From Klebsormidium nitens (lineage: Eukaryota > Plantae > Klebsormidiophyceae), in the NCBI GenBank assembly GCA_000708835.1, contig DF237144.1, forward strand, positions 62,001-126,000: DNA of 64,000 bases, in the 5' to 3' direction. Positions 59,331-64,000 of the stretch are shown here, one piece after another. A program made the translations under genes and the position numbers. Under the pieces are notes generated by a model. The model did no database searches. It was given only the letters and a program-made list of their open reading frames with translations, and had not been told where the DNA came from. Position 1 is the stretch's first letter. Every line of letters begins with the position of its first letter.

Positions 59331-62300
59331 TCAGATCTCGGCCTCTGGTTTCTGCAATAGCTTGGCATACGACTTCAACATGATAGCAACGTACTCTAGG
59401 GGCGCGGCCGTCTCGACGACCGCCCGCGCCGTTTCGGTCGCGAGCTTGCCCATCTTCTTCATATGCTCGTCCATTTCGAGCGCCGTCATGATCTTGATTG
59501 GCAGGTCTTTAAGGTCTGGCGCATACTGGATGTAGTGCACATCCGGCTTGAAGAATATGTCGCTAAACTCGCGATACGTAGTTTGCTGCTTAAATACGAC
59601 GGACCCGGTCGAGAGCAACTCGAAGAAGGCCGGACTCCAAGATTCCCCGTCGATGTCGACCAGGTATTTGTACTTGAGCTGATCTTGAAGCGTGACTGTG
59701 TGCTCGGCGTAGCCCAGTTCGTTCATTATGAACCAATTCGCCTCTGCACAGACGAAGGGGTGGTGTCAATTGATCTAAATGCGTCAGCTCTGTTTCCATT
59801 AACACCACTTATAGTTGGTCGCCTCTGCACAGCCGAACGTGTGTTGCCAATTGGCCTGAATGTTCAGCTCTCTTTCCGTTGACACCACTTCCAGATGGTC
59901 GCCTCCACGCACAAAAAAAGGGTGGTGTCAGATGTTCTTCAGGTTATTGATTTGTTTCAAATGGCACCAGTTGCAGTTGATCGTGCAGTGTCGCAGATTG
60001 CTTCAGGTCAGTGCGTTCAGATCGTACCACTTCGCCGCTCGAGAGAAGAAAGCTGAAGTTTGAAAGTATGGAAAGGAGCAAAACCTTTCGATGAAGATCT
60101 GTACGCAACGAATCTGGTACCCAAAACAAACCGTTCGTGAGGCGCCGTCCATCTCTGTCAGATGGCCCCTCCCATTCCGACGCGTATCTAATTCTCGGTA
60201 ACTGAAAATCTGAGCGCGTTAGTCCGTTTTCGAATGTGACCGAATCAGGCGAAGAGGCGTGCGCATCTTTCCCAAGTTTGACAGCGTGGCTAGTTACCGA
60301 TCACAGAACTCGAAAGTAAGGGAAAGAGGCGTCCGCAACTGTCTTTCGCAGATGCCTATAGACATCTAAAATACTTGAACTTATAATCCTCAGGACCCTC
60401 TGACGGAAATTCCTTGACGTGATACCCTGGCATAGATCGCTGAACTCTCTGCATCATCATAAAAGCAGCCGAAACGCGTCCGAAATGCGCTTGAAGACAC
60501 GCTTCACAACAGTCCGCAGCCTTCAACGACCTCCAAAAGCTGCACTGTTGTGCAAACGACACCGATCGACGAGCGGATTTGAGCCGCTACTGCGGTTCAG
60601 AGACGCATGTGAGCCTCATCCACCCCTCGGCACCCCTTATCTGCACTCGCATTTGGCATCACATCGTCGGATTGAGAATGCGGATACCGGTTGAGCAGCA
60701 AGCATGTCTACAAACACTGTATGAGCGTTTCACTTTCCTGACCAGAACGCACCAACAACTCTTAGGCGTCAGCAGTTTGCGGCTTTTCACTCGTGCCGGC
60801 CTCCCCAGGGTCGTGACATGTCCATTCTTTTCCTGAATCCTTTGATACATTAGTTAGCACTTGTGGCTGACGATCACCGCGTTCATGTCTGATCGGAGAG
60901 TTTCGAAAACCCGAGCCCAATAATTCGAGAGTGAAAAGCACAACCAGATGTTTTTCCAAGAGAAATGGCCTCACCTGGCGTGCATTGACTGGGATCGCAC
61001 TGGAGGAACGTCGCGTTCAGGATGTCGGGGTACTCGAGCGAAAGCTTCACCAGCTGCGACCGCGGCTTATCCCGCCAATTCGACGCCTCGTAGAACCCCC
61101 CTGAAAGAAACAATTGACGTCAATAAGAAAGACTGGTTACTGTGAGCAGTCAGGACTACCGCTCCTTATCTCGCCCACATGACGCCTCCTGGAATCCTCC
61201 TGGAGAATGGGAGTGCCAGTCTAGAAATACTTCTTTTAGAGAGCAATCAGACCATTGTGGGTTATCTTGCCATTTTGACGCCTTTTAAAACCCCCTTGAA
61301 AAACCGGAGGGACGATCCCATTGAAAGTTCGAAGCAGTCAGGACTGGGAGGCTTTCAGTCGCCCATAAAGCGCCACGTGAAGGGAAGACACTGCCAGCTT
61401 TAGAAAGGCACTTAGCGCGGCTTATCCCGCAAATCTGACGCATCGCCGATGTCCCCTGAAGATGCAGACTGACAGTTTTACAGAAGACTGGTTATAGGAA
61501 GCAGTCAGGATCACTGCGGCAGCTCATCCCGTCAATCTGGCCCCTCGTGAACCTCCTAAACGAGTGAGATAACGGTGCTTAGGCAGCCCACACACATGAA
61601 GCAGCCTACGTTGAGTTACTTGTAAAACTTTGTTAAAGTAACGGCCTTCACAAAGGCATACTTTTCGCGACGTCGAGGAGAAAATGAAAAGGTTCAGGAC
61701 GTCGCTGATGCTGGCAATCTGACGGCCCCCAGAGGATGGCTTACGGGGGATGTAAGTAAATGATTGAACCTGACGCCTTTAGCAAACATTCCTCGAATGC
61801 AGGACGGACAATTCGGTCCTTGGCACAGAAAGCTAGGCGCAAACAACTTAGGCAAATGCAAGACTCGACAAAGGCCGGATCCATTGAAAAGACGGCGAAC
61901 CCCTCTTCAAATCGGATGGTTGTTCGTTTCCGAGAGAGCCAAGAGATCAACGCTCGCCGGCAATTCAAGAGAACTGTTTATTCTTTGAAAAAGATGAAAT
62001 CGGCAAGAAGCCCTACTTTACTCAGGCCCCCACCGAAACAAGACTGTCGTGTCCCTCAAAGTGGGCGTCTGCACCCGCAAGTGCATGTAAGATCGAACCG
62101 CTGAGAAACATGACTTGATTGTACCGGACGCCGCTCGTTCGGCTAACTTGTGTCCCGTCACGCTTTGGCGATGCTGCCGGCGCGAGACTTGACGCCCGGT
62201 TCAAAGAACAGAAAAAGGAGAACAATTACATAAGCTTCGTACCTGCGACGGCCCCTTGCCAAAGTGCCTGGTCCTGTTTGCTCTCCCACGGATGATCGGC

Positions 62301-63826
62301 CTCGACGGCGGTCCAGTTCCAGGGGGGGTTCGGACAAGCATCGTCCGAATGCCACGGTCGGGAGAAACACTGTGCCAGAAAGGGGACGGAATTAGAAAAT
62401 CCTTGAGACTTTGACATGCTAGACGTCCGCAGGAACACGTGCGCGCGGTTCTTGCAACGCAGCGAGAATTGGGCGTAGTACTATTATATGCTTCCTGCAG
62501 GTAGTTTGTGCACTCAAGTGCTCCTTACATTGAGCCGCGCCTCTCGCATCGGTCAGATCCTTGCGCTCACTCTCTGCCTGGAAGGCCCGATAGAACCAAC
62601 ACCCGAAACACTGTGTCTGGCGCAACTCAACCGACGAGGCGAAGTCAAGGTGGCAGGATCAAGGCGAAACAAGGTGTCAGCAAGGGAAACGGGTCCAATC
62701 TCGCTGAATCGCTCTGATTCGATAGCAGCAACACCGGACTTGATCTGAAAAACCATTGCGTAAGTGATTGTAGAGCTGCTATTAAGCAAGCTTCGTACAG
62801 AAACTCTAAGAAAGGTGCAAGCACTGGGGCAAGGGCTTTGCGGAGAGAGAGAGAGTCCCTTGCTGTTGTTGACTTGCATTCGTCTGATTCTCACAGCAAA
62901 CGGGTTGACTGAAGGCGAAAGGCGATGATCCGGATTGACTTTTGACTAGGAAATTATNNNNNNNNNNNNNNNNNNNNNNNNNNNNNNNNNNNNNNNNNNN
63001 NNNNNNNNNNNNNNNNNNNNNNNNNNNNNNNNNNNNNNNNNNNNNNNNNNNNNNNNNNNNNNNNNNNNNNNNNNNNNNNNNNNNNNNNNNNNNNNNNNNN
63101 NNNNNNNNNNNNNNNNNNNNNNNNNNNNNNNNNNNNNNNNNNNNNNNNNNNNNNNNNNNNNNNNNNNNNNNNNNNNNNNNNNNNNNNNNNNNNNNNNNNN
63201 NNNNNNNNNNNNNNNNNNNNNNNNNNNNNNNNNNNNNNNNNNNNNNNNNNNNNNNNNNNNNNNNNNNNNNNNNCGATGATCCGGATTGACTTTTGACTAG
63301 GAAATTATCATGCATTTGCACGTTCGCTCATGAACGGAATTGCAACGCCAAACAGGATGTGTCCCACCGCAAGCAACAGACTCGGCGTTTCAAGCAGAAA
63401 CAACTTCAGAAATATCATCAGAGGAGGAGTTCCTGAGTCCGCCAGATCAACAGGACCCTTCAATAGTAGGAAGACCTGAAGCTGACCACCCTGGTCTCCA
63501 CATCGGGCAACAACTTGATCTTTTGGATCTTCAATTTCTTCAAGCTGTGAAGTCAGCACCTATTGAATGACTTGAACGCCCTGCCCTCTACACCGTAACC
63601 CAGGAACCTTACCCGAGTATACTGGTATCCCACAAAAATGACGTCTCGTGTCTCGTCACTCGAGCAGTAGGAGAACATCGGCGGCCAGCCCTTGGTTGCG
63701 TCCTCCTTAACCACCCGCGGTTTGTCGCCCAGGTTAGCGACAAAGTCCACGTAGCTTGGTAGCAGATTCCGGTCCGCGAGCCACTCGAGCATGACGCGAA
63801 GCTGTTCCCCTCGGTACCAAGTTGCC
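59331..63826 (-). CDS. Glycosyltransferase family 90 (CAP10/KDELC/POGLUT-like); 5' part lies beyond the window end
   Basis: Exons (minus): 63613-63826, ~62243-62450 (acceptor uncertain), 60975-61100, 59331-59743. Motifs: LPSYVDFVANLGDKP, PPMFSYC, HPWESKQDQALWQGAVAG, RSQLVKLSLEYPDILNA, LQDQLKYKYLVDIDGESWSPAFFELLSTGSVVFKQ, FKPDVHYI. These fit the GT90 pattern (KY.L.IDG..WS.RL..LL...SVV.K). Confidence 0.85.
62958..63273. other. Assembly gap (316 N) flanked by an identical 35-bp sequence on both sides
   Basis: CGATGATCCGGATTGACTTTTGACTAGGAAATTAT at 62923-62957 and 63274-63308. Confidence 0.95.
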
Positions 63827-64000
63827 CTGCAAGTGGAGGGTTAAGAACCCTGGTTAGTTGCGAACCCCCATGAGCAACTAGAGAGGAGATAGTCGACCTA
63901 AAGAGGGTTCAGCTGATCTCCTTGTTTCGAAGTTGCCCTGCAAGTGGAGGGTTAAGTGCTCAGTTCAGTGGCCTAACCACCTTGAGCAACTAGGAACATG

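Overview
Eukaryotic, intron-rich, roughly GC-balanced genomic DNA; most likely a streptophyte green alga such as Klebsormidium (inferred from gene families and intron style, not verified). By hand I could splice five multi-exon genes with GT-AG junctions and consistent reading frame. (1,2) Two tandem minus-strand paralogs of secreted root-cap/LEA-related (VWD-like) proteins. (3) A ~1536-aa minus-strand protein: long disordered region, short ARM-like segment, and a Methyltransf_16-type methyltransferase. (4) A plus-strand secreted ~568-aa protein: bacterial-type lamin-tail-like (LTD) domain, Pro/Thr mucin- or AGP-like stalks, and three small Cys-rich modules. (5) A 14-exon, ~1250-aa membrane-anchored GT4 / VWD-like / GT4 double glycosyltransferase. 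The window also holds the 3' part of a GT90 glycosyltransferase, a tRNA-Ile(AAT), three MITEs with TIRs and target-site duplications, and an assembly gap. The most striking structure is pervasive 'splice-junction echoes': introns contain decayed tandem copies (mostly 120-165 bp units) of the neighbouring exon edge plus its splice site. They occur in every gene here, sometimes as 4-6-copy arrays, and some give in-frame alternative acceptors, cassette exons or terminal exons. Most entries in the supplied ORF track are spurious or are fragments of these spliced genes.
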